From an uncultured delta proteobacterium (GTDB lineage: Bacteria; Myxococcota_A; Polyangia; Polyangiales; Polyangiaceae), in contig CAWAIF010000003.1 of the NCBI GenBank assembly GCA_963782055.1, forward strand, positions 2,016,001-2,080,000: a stretch of DNA of 64,000 nucleotides, read 5' to 3'. Positions 17,166-29,263 of this stretch are shown piece by piece. The notes beneath the pieces are model-generated. The model was not told the origin of the DNA. It was given only the letters and a program-made list of their open reading frames with translations, and did not search any database. A program made the translations under genes and the position numbers. Every line of letters starts with the position of its first letter. Within the stretch, counting starts at the first letter, position 1.

Positions 17166-17954
17166 TCAAGCGCTGTCGCCGCGCGCGACGGCCGCCACCT
17201 TCGCCGCGGCGGCGTCCAGGCCCACGCTCGAGGTGTCGATGACGTGCTCCGCCCGCGCGTAGAGCCGCTTGCGTGCACGCAGCAGCTCCTTCAGCTCCGC
17301 CATCGCCGCCGGCCGGCCCTTCATCGGCCGCCCGTCGCCCTGCGCCACCACGCGATCCCAGTGGTCCTTCGCCTCTGCCCGGAGCCACACCGTCTTGGCG
17401 CGCCTGCGCAGCATCGCGAAGGTCTCGCGGTCGGTCACGATGGAGCCGCTCGTCGCGAGCACCGCCCGGGGCCTGGCGTCCAGGAAGCGCTTGAGCGCCT
17501 GCCGCTCCACGCGACGGAAGTACGCCTCGCCGTGCATCTCGAAGATGGTGGAGAGGCTCATCCCCGCCTCCTTCGCGACCAGCGCGTCCAGCTCCACCAG
17601 CGGCACGCCGAGCCGGGCCGCCGCCCGCTCCCCCACCGCGGTCTTGCCCGCGCCGCGCAGCCCGAGCAGCGCCACCACGCCCTCCGGCGGGGGGGCGGGG
17701 GCGTTGGTGGCCTGCGCCAGCAGCTCGGAGGGCGAGGTGCCGAGCGCCTCGGCGACGTCGAGGAGCCGGGCGACCGAGATGTTGCCGACGCCGCCCTCGA
17801 GCTGCAGCAAGAAGCGCTCGCTCACGTGCGCGTCGCGGGCGAGCGCCTTGAGCGTCAGGCCGCGCTCGGTGCGTCGCGCGCGCACGGCGGCGCCGAGTCC
17901 CCGGAGGAGGGTCTCCCGGCGTGTCGTGGGCGCAGAATTATAGTGCGCAGTCAT
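17166..17954 (-). CDS. boxR: BzdR/BoxR-family regulator (XRE HTH plus shikimate-kinase-like benzoyl-CoA sensor)
   Basis: N-terminal HTH (LKALARDAHVSERFL..LEGG.GNIS) fused to a GLRGAGKT P-loop SK-like domain; divergent from boxC. Confidence 0.85.
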   Translation of the reverse strand: MTAHYNSAPTTRRETLLRGLGAAVRARRTERGLTLKALARDAHVSERFLLQLEGGVGNISVARLLDVAEALGTSPSELLAQATNAPAPPPEGVVALLGLRGAGKTAVGERAAARLGVPLVELDALVAKEAGMSLSTIFEMHGEAYFRRVERQALKRFLDARPRAVLATSGSIVTDRETFAMLRRRAKTVWLRAEAKDHWDRVVAQGDGRPMKGRPAAMAELKELLRARKRLYARAEHVIDTSSVGLDAAAAKVAAVARGDSA

Positions 17955-18078
17955 CCTGACTTCGAGAACTATACTACAGACGGCGAGAGAGGGGCAGGGG
18001 AAGAAGAGGCGAGGGGAGGGAGCCCGCGCCTTGATGCAGTATAGTGCGCATGGCCCAATGTGCACGCACTATAGTACT
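17934..18078. promoter_or_regulatory. Four imperfect TGCACTATAGTGCA-like palindromes, putative BoxR operators
   Basis: AGAATTATAGTGCG (17934), AGAACTATACTACA (17965), TGCAGTATAGTGCG (18035) and CGCACTATAGTACT (18065). Confidence 0.7.
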
Positions 18079-18116
18079 TGCGCGAGGCGGTCCGGTTCCG
18101 TAGGCTGCTCCTTCCG

Positions 18117-21202
<3,086 letters not shown>

Positions 21203-21214
21203 GCGGGGGACCCC

Positions 21215-21976
21215 TCAGGCCACCCGCCGCCGCAGAAGACTCAGCACGAAGCACCCGGCGGCGATGAGCACCACCACCGGACCGGGCTCGCGGTGCAGCC
21301 GGGACGCCAGCGCAGCGCCCGCGGACGTGGAGATCACCGCCACCACCACCGCCACCACGAACATCCCGTTGAGTCCGCGCGCCAGCCGCCGCGCGGTCGC
21401 CGCCGGGATGATGACGAGCGAGCCCATGAGCAGCACGCCCAGGTAGCGCAGGCCGAGGGCGATCGTGAGCGCGAAGACCAGCAGGTACTGCAGGTCCAGC
21501 CGCGCCACGTCGATCCCCGCCGTCCGCGCGATCTCCGGTGACACCAGCGACAGCACCAGCTTGTGTCGCGCGCGCAGGATGAAGACGATCGTCAAGGCGG
21601 CGGCCGCCAGCCCGAGCGCCGTCTCCACCGGCGTGATCGCGCGCGACTGCCCGAAGAGCGCCTCGATGAGCTCGTGCCCGGAGGTGATCAGGCTCCCCAC
21701 GGCGAGCGCCGTGGAGAACACCACCCCGATGATCGTCTCCGTCGCGATGCGCGTACGCGTCTCCAGCGCCCAGATGAGGAAGGTGCCGAGCAGCAGCATG
21801 GCGCCCGCGCCCAGCACCGGGTGCACGTGCAGCACGATCGCCAGCCCGATGCCCGGCAGCGCGACGTGGGAGAGCGCGTCCGCCGCGAGCGTCATGCGTC
21901 GCATGAGGGCGAAGCACCCGACCATCCCGGCGGCGGCGCCGGCGCCCACCGACAGGGCGAGCTCCAGCGTGGTCAC
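21215..21976 (-). CDS. Zn/Mn ABC transporter permease (ZnuB/MntB family)
   Basis: RRMTLAADALSHVALPG and G.LL..SL.IIPAATA; GTG start overlaps the ATPase stop. Confidence 0.88.
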   Translation of the reverse strand: MTTLELALSVGAGAAAGMVGCFALMRRMTLAADALSHVALPGIGLAIVLHVHPVLGAGAMLLLGTFLIWALETRTRIATETIIGVVFSTALAVGSLITSGHELIEALFGQSRAITPVETALGLAAAALTIVFILRARHKLVLSLVSPEIARTAGIDVARLDLQYLLVFALTIALGLRYLGVLLMGSLVIIPAATARRLARGLNGMFVVAVVVAVISTSAGAALASRLHREPGPVVVLIAAGCFVLSLLRRRVA

Positions 21977-22719
21977 GGGGCCTCGTGGACGTGGAGCCCC
22001 ACCGGCGCGCCGTAGAGCCGAGCCAGCATCTCCGGCGTGAGCACCGTGCGCGGGGGGCCGAAGCACACCCCGGTGCGCGCGAGGCAGAGGACGTTGGACG
22101 CGTAGCGGTACACGACGCTCAGGTCGTGGGAGATGAGCAGCAGGGTCAGCCCCCGCTCCGCCCGCAGGCGATCCACCAGCACGTTGAGCGCCTCCTGCCC
22201 GGGCTCATCCACCCCGGCGGTGGGCTCGTCGAGCAGCAGCACGTCGGGCTGGCCCAGCAGCGCGCCGGCCACCAGGAGGCGCTGGAACTGACCGCCGGAG
22301 AGCGCGCCGATGGGCCGGCGCGTCACCTCCGCATCCAGGCCCACCAGCGCGACGACGTCGTCCGCCTCCGCCCGCGAGGCGCGCGACACCTCCGCCTTCG
22401 CCTCCAGGAAGTCACCGCCGGTGATGGGCAGGTCCCGCGCGAGGTCCAGCTTCTGAGGGACGTAGCCGATCTTCACACCACGGGCCCACGTCACGCTGCC
22501 GCCGTGCGCCACGGTGCCGATGAGCGCGCGGAAGAGGACGGTCTTGCCCGACCCGTTCGGCCCGATGATCGCCAGCGCGCTGCCGCGCGTCACCTCGAAG
22601 GACAGCTCGGCCAGCACCGAGAGCGCGCCGAAATGCACCGAGAGATCGCGCACCGAGAGGACCGCGTCGCCGTGCGCTCCCCTGGATCCGGGAGGTGTGT
22701 CGCCGGTCGCCGCGCTCAC
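21973..22719 (-). CDS. Zn/Mn ABC transporter ATPase (ZnuC-like)
   Basis: GPNGSGKT, IGYVPQK, LSGGQFQR, LLDEPT and ISHDL. Confidence 0.9.
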   Translation of the reverse strand: MSAATGDTPPGSRGAHGDAVLSVRDLSVHFGALSVLAELSFEVTRGSALAIIGPNGSGKTVLFRALIGTVAHGGSVTWARGVKIGYVPQKLDLARDLPITGGDFLEAKAEVSRASRAEADDVVALVGLDAEVTRRPIGALSGGQFQRLLVAGALLGQPDVLLLDEPTAGVDEPGQEALNVLVDRLRAERGLTLLLISHDLSVVYRYASNVLCLARTGVCFGPPRTVLTPEMLARLYGAPVGLHVHEAP

Positions 22720-23396
22720 CGGCAGGGTTGCACCTGCACGCAGGACCGGCCGACCTCCCGCCCCGAGAGGGCGATGGACCCCGTCTGCTTGGGCATCTCG
22801 GTCTTGGAGACCTGCGTGTTCTGCATGGAGAATGTCTTCATGTCGGGGGAGAAGTTGAACGGACCGAACTGTACCAGGCCGGGCCCGATGTGCAGCGGAG
22901 TCTGTCCGGGAGGCGGGGCGCCGAACTTGCCGCAGAGCGACCCCTTGCACGTCAACGTTCCGTCGGTGCGGTAGCCGCTCACCGGCGTGCTCCAGCGCAG
23001 CGTGCGCCCGCTGAGCGCGCCGCGGGCCGCGACGGAGCAGGCGTCGGGTGTCGCGCGGGTGTGCGTGTCGGTCGTGACGTCGGTGCTCCAGAAGAGCGCC
23101 TTGGCGTGGATCGTGAAGAGCTCGCGCATGTGGTACGAGACCATCGTGACCGCGCCGCCCGGCGCGCCGCCCTTGTTCTCGTAGCGCAGCACCGCGGTGC
23201 CCGGGCCGATGGGATAGATGCCATCGCCCTGGCCCATCGGGGTGTCGGTGAGCTGCAGGTTGGCCGCCAGGGTGTACCGCACCTCGATGGCGTTGCACGG
23301 CGGAGGTTGCTGCGCCGCGCTCTGCGGTGGGAGGAGCGCCACGAAGAGCGCGGAGACCACGGCGGCGGCGAGGAGGTGGGGACGCACGGCGATCAT
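22716..23396 (-). CDS. Secreted beta-rich hypothetical protein with six Cys
   Basis: Signal peptide MIAVRPHLLAAAVVSALFVALL..SAA; its stop overlaps the ATPase GTG; sigma-54 site upstream. Confidence 0.7.
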   Translation of the reverse strand: MIAVRPHLLAAAVVSALFVALLPPQSAAQQPPPCNAIEVRYTLAANLQLTDTPMGQGDGIYPIGPGTAVLRYENKGGAPGGAVTMVSYHMRELFTIHAKALFWSTDVTTDTHTRATPDACSVAARGALSGRTLRWSTPVSGYRTDGTLTCKGSLCGKFGAPPPGQTPLHIGPGLVQFGPFNFSPDMKTFSMQNTQVSKTEMPKQTGSIALSGREVGRSCVQVQPCR

Positions 23397-23409
23397 GCCT
23401 GCACTCCGT

Positions 23410-23425
23410 TGCACGGGCGATGCCA
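23410..23425 (-). promoter_or_regulatory. Sigma-54 promoter for the secreted protein-metal ABC operon
   Basis: Minus strand TGGCATCGCCCGTGCA (GG-N10-GC), 13 nt before the ATG. Confidence 0.65.
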
Positions 23426-23533
23426 CGCGACGCACCGTCGCTGGGGCACGATGTTGCGCCACGTCCGCGGCGCGCCCCTTGCGCCACCGCGCAGCGCGAG
23501 CGTGCCCCCAGCCCGCGCGCCGCCCCGATCGGA

Positions 23534-24649
23534 TCACAGCCTCCGCTTCGTCGTCGCCGTGGAGACGAGCAGCATGACGACGGTGAACCCGGCCAGGAAG
23601 ACGACGTGTCGGCTCGCCGCGCCGAGATCGCCGCCGCGGAACAGCACCGCCTTGAGCGCGGCGACCGCGTGCATCTCGGGGTTCACCTTGGCGAAGTCGC
23701 GCAGCCACCAGGGGAAGCTCTGGATCGGGTACAGCGCGCCGCTCGGGAAGAAGAGGATGATGTTGAGGAAGCCGTTGACCATGCCCACCACGCGCGGGTG
23801 CCCCGCGCGTCCGAGAAGCGCCATCGTCATGGCGAGCATCCCCAGCCCGGTGAGCAGGACGACGCCGAACACCAGCCCGTAGCCCGCCGCCCCGCCGTGG
23901 ATGCGCACCCCGGTGACGAGCAAACCCACCGCGAGCACGATCGCGCTGGTCACGCAGGTGATGGTGGTGCCGCTCAGCAGCACGCCCATGTTGATGTGCC
24001 AGCGCCGCAGCGGCGTGGACAGGTAGGCCTCGTGCACGCCCAGGAAGCGGTCCATCACCATGTTGAACGCACCGGCGATGAGCGTCGCCATGAAGATGGA
24101 CATCACCACCACGCCCGGGATGAGCGAGGCGTCGTAGTCGACGCGCGGGTAGATCTCCTCCGCGCGGATCTGCGCGGGCCCGTCGTGCACCTCGAAGCGC
24201 GCGAGCGGCTTGCCGAGCGAGGGGAGCGCCGCCTGCACCGCGCCCTCCACCGCCATGGCGGCGATGGCGTTGACGTTGTCGACGAAGAGCCCGGCGGAGG
24301 CGGCGAGGCCGCGCTCCAGGTCGGAGGAGAAGTGCGGGGGCACGACGAGCAGCGCCGCGAGGTCGCCGTCGTGCAGCCGCCTCATCCCTGCCTGCACGTC
24401 CCCGGCCGGGACGACCTCCACGGTGCCCGGCCCGTGCTCCACCGCCTGCAGCGCCCCGAGGAGCTGCCGCGCCTCCGGCCCCTGGTCCTGCATCACCACG
24501 CCGAGCTTCAGCCCGGTGAGCGGGCCCTGCAGCGAGTTGCCCAGGATGAGCAGGTAGACGAGGGGCAGCGCGATGGCCGTCACGAGCACCATCGGGTTGC
24601 GCAGCATGCGCAACAGGTCGCGCTTCATCACCGCCCAGACCTTGCCCAT
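23534..24649 (-). CDS. ABC-2 type exporter permease
   Basis: MKRDLLRMLR, an extracytoplasmic loop, multiple TM helices and FPSGALYP...NP. Confidence 0.88.
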   Translation of the reverse strand: MGKVWAVMKRDLLRMLRNPMVLVTAIALPLVYLLILGNSLQGPLTGLKLGVVMQDQGPEARQLLGALQAVEHGPGTVEVVPAGDVQAGMRRLHDGDLAALLVVPPHFSSDLERGLAASAGLFVDNVNAIAAMAVEGAVQAALPSLGKPLARFEVHDGPAQIRAEEIYPRVDYDASLIPGVVVMSIFMATLIAGAFNMVMDRFLGVHEAYLSTPLRRWHINMGVLLSGTTITCVTSAIVLAVGLLVTGVRIHGGAAGYGLVFGVVLLTGLGMLAMTMALLGRAGHPRVVGMVNGFLNIILFFPSGALYPIQSFPWWLRDFAKVNPEMHAVAALKAVLFRGGDLGAASRHVVFLAGFTVVMLLVSTATTKRRL

Positions 24650-25635
24650 CACACCACCCGGCGCCCCTGCGGCGCCCCGCGCGGCGCCGCCTCGTCGCGG
24701 AGGGACTTGCCCGTGAAGTGGATGAAGACGTCCTCCAGGCTCACCCGCTCCACGCTCGCCGAGCGGACGTTCGCGCCGTCGCCCGCGAGATCCTGCAGCA
24801 GCCGCGGCAGGAGGCCCGCGCCGTCGTCCACGCGCAGGGTGACGCTCCCGCCCTTGGCCTGCACGTCGCGCACGCCGCGGAAGGCGCGCAGGCGCTCCAG
24901 CCGCCCCGCCGGGGGCGCCTCCGCCAGGCCGATGGAGATGGTGTCGCTCCCGGGCACCTCCGCCTTGAGCTCGGCCGGCGAGCCGAGCGCGACGACCTTC
25001 CCCGCGTCGACGATGGCCACGCGATCGCACAGGGCGTCGGCCTCGTCGAGGTAGTGGGTCGTCAGCGAGACCGTCAGGGCGTCTCCGCTCCGCAGATCGC
25101 GCAGCAGGTCCCAGATGACGTGCCGGCTCTGCGGGTCGAGGCCGATGGTCGGCTCGTCGAGGAACAGCACCCTGGGCTTGTGGATGAGGCCTCGCGCGAT
25201 CTCCAGCCGCCGCCGCATCCCGCCGGAGTACGTCTTGACCAGATCCTTGCGGCGGTCCCACAGCGCCACGTGCCGCAGCAGCTCCTCGATGCGCGCGTCC
25301 CGCCGCGCCCGCGGCACGCCGAAGTACCGCGCGTAGATGTCCATGTTCTCGTAGCCGGTGAGGTCCAGGTCCGACGTGAGCGCCTGCGGCACCACGCCGA
25401 GCACCGTGCGCACGCCGTCGGGGTCGCCGCGCACGTCGATCCCCGCGATGCGCGCGTCCCCCTCGGTGATGCTGATGAGCCCCGCCAGCATCCGCACCAG
25501 CGTGGTCTTGCCCGCGCCGTTGGGGCCGAGCAGGCCGAAGAACTCCCCGGCCTCCACGCGCAGGTCGACGTGGTCGACGGCGGTCACGCCGCCGAAGCGC
25601 TTGGTCAGTCCCCGGGTCTCGATCGCCGCGGTCAT
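24649..25635 (-). CDS. ABC exporter ATPase (DrrA-like)
   Basis: GPNGAGKTT, YSGGMRRRLE, FLDEPTIGLD and TTHYLDEAD. Confidence 0.92.
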   Translation of the reverse strand: MTAAIETRGLTKRFGGVTAVDHVDLRVEAGEFFGLLGPNGAGKTTLVRMLAGLISITEGDARIAGIDVRGDPDGVRTVLGVVPQALTSDLDLTGYENMDIYARYFGVPRARRDARIEELLRHVALWDRRKDLVKTYSGGMRRRLEIARGLIHKPRVLFLDEPTIGLDPQSRHVIWDLLRDLRSGDALTVSLTTHYLDEADALCDRVAIVDAGKVVALGSPAELKAEVPGSDTISIGLAEAPPAGRLERLRAFRGVRDVQAKGGSVTLRVDDGAGLLPRLLQDLAGDGANVRSASVERVSLEDVFIHFTGKSLRDEAAPRGAPQGRRVV

Positions 25636-26660
25636 CGCTTCGCCGCGAGCGGCGCGCCGGGCGACGGCGCCTGGCCGGTCAGCTTCACGTCCGCCGTCAT
25701 CCCCGGGCGCAGCTCCCGAGGAGGCTCGTCGAAGGCGACGCGCACCATGAAGGTCCGCACGTCCGGGCGCCCGCGCTTGACGTCGCGGTTGATGGCGAAG
25801 TCGCCCTCCGCTCCCACCAGCGCGACGCGCCCGGGGAAGGTGCTCGCCCCGAGCGCCACCACGTGGATGCGCGCCGGGGCGCCGACCTGCAGGCCGCGGA
25901 ACGCGGTCTCCCCCACGTCCAGGCGCACCCACGGGCGGGAGGTGTCCTCCACCGTCACCACGGCGCTCCCGGCCGCCGCCCACTCGCCCTCCTCCAGGTT
26001 CCGGGAGACCACCGTCCCGTCGAAGGGCGCGGTGATGTGCGTCTGCGCGAGCTGCACGCGCGCCAGATCGAGCGCGGCTTGCGCCACGCGCACCCCCGCC
26101 CGCGCGTCCTTCACGCCGGCCGCCGCCACGCCCACCTTGCCCTGCGTCTGCGACCTGGCCGCCAGCAGCGCGTCGACCGAGGCCTCCGCCTCCAGCCGCC
26201 TCGCGCGGGCCGAGTCCAGGTCCGCCTGCGGGATGGAGCCGGCGGCCGCCAGCTTGTCGGTGCGCCGGAAGTCCAGGCGCGCCTCGTCGAGCGTGGCCCG
26301 CGCGCGCGCCACGTCCGCGCCGGCGCCGGTGACCGCGGGGAGGGCGACGCGGAAGCTCGCCTCCGCCTCCTCCAGCGTGCGCTGCGCGCGCTCCACGTTC
26401 GCCTCCGCCTGCGCGACCGTCGCCTCGCGCTCGCCGGAGTCGAGCCGCGCCAGCAGCTCGCCCTGCGTCACGTGGTCCCCCTCGTGAACCAGGATCGACA
26501 CCACCTTCCCGGGCGTCTGCGTGGCCACCGCCGCGACCGGCTCGTCCACGAAGCCGGAGTAGGGCAGCGCCTCCTCCGCGTGGCAGGTGAGGCAGGCCGC
26601 CGAGAGGCAGACGACGATCAGCCGCGGCGCGACGCCTGGGTGGATCTCCAGCGAGTGCAT
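25632..26660 (-). CDS. HlyD-family membrane fusion protein
   Basis: Lipoyl half-motifs GKVVSILVHEGDHV.QGELL and ITAPFDGTV flank a coiled coil. Confidence 0.9.
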   Translation of the reverse strand: MHSLEIHPGVAPRLIVVCLSAACLTCHAEEALPYSGFVDEPVAAVATQTPGKVVSILVHEGDHVTQGELLARLDSGEREATVAQAEANVERAQRTLEEAEASFRVALPAVTGAGADVARARATLDEARLDFRRTDKLAAAGSIPQADLDSARARRLEAEASVDALLAARSQTQGKVGVAAAGVKDARAGVRVAQAALDLARVQLAQTHITAPFDGTVVSRNLEEGEWAAAGSAVVTVEDTSRPWVRLDVGETAFRGLQVGAPARIHVVALGASTFPGRVALVGAEGDFAINRDVKRGRPDVRTFMVRVAFDEPPRELRPGMTADVKLTGQAPSPGAPLAAKR

Positions 26661-26671
26661 GCCACGCGACG

Positions 26672-26687
26672 AGCATCGCCCGTGCCG
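26672..26687 (-). promoter_or_regulatory. Sigma-54 promoter for the HlyD-ABC operon
   Basis: Minus strand CGGCACGGGCGATGCT (GG-N10-GC), 11 nt before the ATG. Confidence 0.6.
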
Positions 26688-26760
26688 TCTCGCCAGCTCC
26701 GGCGCGCGCGGGGGTCGGCGGCCGCGCCTGCTGCAGCCACGCGCAATCCGCGCGCGGGTG

Positions 26761-27252
26761 TCAGCGCCCGGCGTCGCGCCTGGCGGCGGCCTTCGGCGGA
26801 GCGCCCGCGTCGGCGAGCGCGTCGGCGCAGCGGTGCTCGACGCACACGGCCTTGAACGGCTTCGGCTCGCACGCGGGGCCGGGGGCGCAGGCGAGGCGCT
26901 TGGCGTGCTGCATCGCGAAGAGGCGCGGCTTGAGGCCGGGGGGGCAGCCGGGCTGACGGAGCATCGTCGGGCCCGCGCACACGTCGTCGTGCAGGTAGTA
27001 GCCGCCGCAGTCCTGGTCCTTGTCGCAGTCCGCCGGGAGCTTCGCCACGAAGCTTTCGATCGCCTTCCGCGCCGCCTCGCAGCGCTGCGGGTCCGGCTTC
27101 GGGGCCTCGCCCGGCGGGAAGCCCATCACCACCGTGGTGGCGGGGATGGCCTCGCCGGCGTCCTCCTGGGCGGAGGACTCCGCGTCCTGCGAGTGGCAGG
27201 CGGCGAGGGCGAGGAGGCTGGCGGCGAGGGCGGCGCGGGCGTGAGGATGCAT
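26761..27252 (-). CDS. Small Cys-rich lipoprotein
   Basis: Lipobox LAAC; CDKDQDC and C..AVCVEHRC are typical of myxobacterial disulfide-rich lipoproteins. Confidence 0.7.
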   Translation of the reverse strand: MHPHARAALAASLLALAACHSQDAESSAQEDAGEAIPATTVVMGFPPGEAPKPDPQRCEAARKAIESFVAKLPADCDKDQDCGGYYLHDDVCAGPTMLRQPGCPPGLKPRLFAMQHAKRLACAPGPACEPKPFKAVCVEHRCADALADAGAPPKAAARRDAGR

Positions 27253-27295
27253 GACTCGTCAACGGTTGGCGCGCGAGGCGCCGCACGTGCTGTAG

Positions 27296-29194
27296 TCAGC
27301 GCACGCGGCCGTTGGCAAGATGCAACGACACGTGCTTGCCGTTGGCGAGGGTGAGCGCGGCGTTTCCCGTCTTGACCGTCAGGGGCGCGCAGCTCGCGTC
27401 GGACTTGCCCATCCTGGTCGGGACGATCGCCTCCGGCAGCTTGACCTCGGCGGGCAGCTTGGCGGTCCACTTCAGCTTGCCGGTGACGGTCGACCAGGCC
27501 GAGGCCTGCTTCCCGGACACCAGCGCCACGACGCCCGTGTCGCAGGCCATACCCATCCGCAGCGGCGAGGCGACCGTCGTGTCGTCGGGGGGCCACACCG
27601 CCCCGGCGTGCGGCGCGGTGGTGTAGTGGTTGCTCATCGTCATGAAGCCCTGCAGCGACGACACGTTCAGGTGCCACGGGTCGGTCTGATCGGAGGCCGG
27701 CCCGGCGAAGGCCACGCGGATCTGCGGCGCCGTCTGCCCGTCCCCACCGAACACGCAGTGGCACGTCGCGACCTCGACGGCCTGCGGTGCCCGCGGCTTG
27801 GGCTTGCTCGTGGACGTGTCGTGCGTGCTCCTCGCGCTCGTCTTCGTGCGCTTCGAGGATGAGGAGGTGCTGTGACCCGCCCGCGTCAGGAAGAAGGCGC
27901 CGCCGGCGCCCGCCATCACCAGGATCGCCGAGAGCGCCTGGATCGCCGGAGCGCCGCCGCCAGGCTTCTTGCGCGGCCGGACGGGCCGGTCGTAGGTGGG
28001 GTTGTAGGTCGGCTTGTACGGCGCCGACGCCGCCGACGGACCCGGCGCGTACGGGTTGGGCGCCGACCGCTGCGCCTGCGCCGCGATCTCCGCCAGCTTC
28101 TTGCGCGCCCAGCTCGGCGCGCGAAAGGCGACCCAGAACGCGGGCGCGCCCACCGTGCTCGCCGCGGCTGCGCCTCGCGGCGCCACGTGCGAGGGCAGCA
28201 GGGAGGCCACCCCACAGTACGTGCATCGTGTCAGGCGCCCGCCGTCCGTCGCGGGCTGCAACGGCGAGCCGCACTGCGGGCACATCACGGCGAGCGCCGC
28301 CGTCCCCGCCTGCGCCTCGACGCGCGCCGCCTGCCGGCCCTCGACGTGCTCCGGCGCGACGACGCCCACCACGTCGGGGCAGGCGCCGAGCGCGTCGCCG
28401 GGCGCGACGTGCGTCTCGTCCAGCCCGCACTGCGCGCAGTGAAGCTTGATGCGCCCGCGGTCGAGCGTCGTGGCCTGGAGCGCGACGTGGCACGTGGGGC
28501 AGATCGGATGGCCCGGCGTCATGCGCGCCGACATGATGCACGTCTTCACGCCCGCGCCGGTCATCGCCATCCCGCTGGAGTTGAGCTCCAGACCCGTCTG
28601 GGTCACCCCCACCTTGGGCAGCACCACCGTCCGCACGAGCACCAGCGGCTCGTCGTCGTCATCGCTGTCGTCCGCAGCCCGCGGCGCCTCGAAGGTGGGA
28701 AACACGCCCGCGCGCGCCCAGTAGGCGTCGCCCGCCGCGGAGGCGAGCGGGAGCACCTTCTCCTCCCAGAGGTCCTCGTCGAACATGCGCTCCTGCCCGC
28801 AGGAGGTGCAGAAGAACCGGCCCTGGACGTCCAGATGATCGAGCGGCGACTTGTTCCCGCACTGCTGGCACCCGAGCAGGACGCGCAGCTGCATCCAGTG
28901 GATCCCATCGGCCGGCGCCGGCGCACCGAGCGGTGCTCCCTGGGTGCCGCACGCGCTGCAAGCGCCGCCGAGGAGCGCCGCGCCGCACGTCGCACAGAGC
29001 TGGGCGGCGCCGGAGGAGGCCTGCGGCGCTGCCGGAGCCGGCGCGCCGTACGGGGACGGGCTGGCCTGGGGCGCGGTTGGAGCCTGCGGCGCGGTGCCCC
29101 ATGCGGGCGCGGCGGGAGCGTCGAAGGTCTGGCCGCAGCTCGCGCAGAAGCGCGCGCCGGGAGTGTTGGGTTTCCCACACGACGTGCAGAACAT
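27296..29194 (-). CDS. Multi-zinc-ribbon membrane protein
   Basis: Ten CxxC pairs, a TM helix and a C-terminal extracytoplasmic domain with a PQQ-like AWSTVTGKLKW. Confidence 0.75.
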   Translation of the reverse strand: MFCTSCGKPNTPGARFCASCGQTFDAPAAPAWGTAPQAPTAPQASPSPYGAPAPAAPQASSGAAQLCATCGAALLGGACSACGTQGAPLGAPAPADGIHWMQLRVLLGCQQCGNKSPLDHLDVQGRFFCTSCGQERMFDEDLWEEKVLPLASAAGDAYWARAGVFPTFEAPRAADDSDDDDEPLVLVRTVVLPKVGVTQTGLELNSSGMAMTGAGVKTCIMSARMTPGHPICPTCHVALQATTLDRGRIKLHCAQCGLDETHVAPGDALGACPDVVGVVAPEHVEGRQAARVEAQAGTAALAVMCPQCGSPLQPATDGGRLTRCTYCGVASLLPSHVAPRGAAAASTVGAPAFWVAFRAPSWARKKLAEIAAQAQRSAPNPYAPGPSAASAPYKPTYNPTYDRPVRPRKKPGGGAPAIQALSAILVMAGAGGAFFLTRAGHSTSSSSKRTKTSARSTHDTSTSKPKPRAPQAVEVATCHCVFGGDGQTAPQIRVAFAGPASDQTDPWHLNVSSLQGFMTMSNHYTTAPHAGAVWPPDDTTVASPLRMGMACDTGVVALVSGKQASAWSTVTGKLKWTAKLPAEVKLPEAIVPTRMGKSDASCAPLTVKTGNAALTLANGKHVSLHLANGRVR

Positions 29195-29263
29195 TCGCTG
29201 AGGCTATCCGCCCCGCAGACCGGGTGCAACGACGTCCCGCCTTCGCCGCCGGTGTTGGAGTAA

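Noticed and set aside
17166..17954. aroK shikimate kinase
   Set aside because: The N-terminal XRE HTH and position next to boxC identify a BzdR/BoxR regulator.
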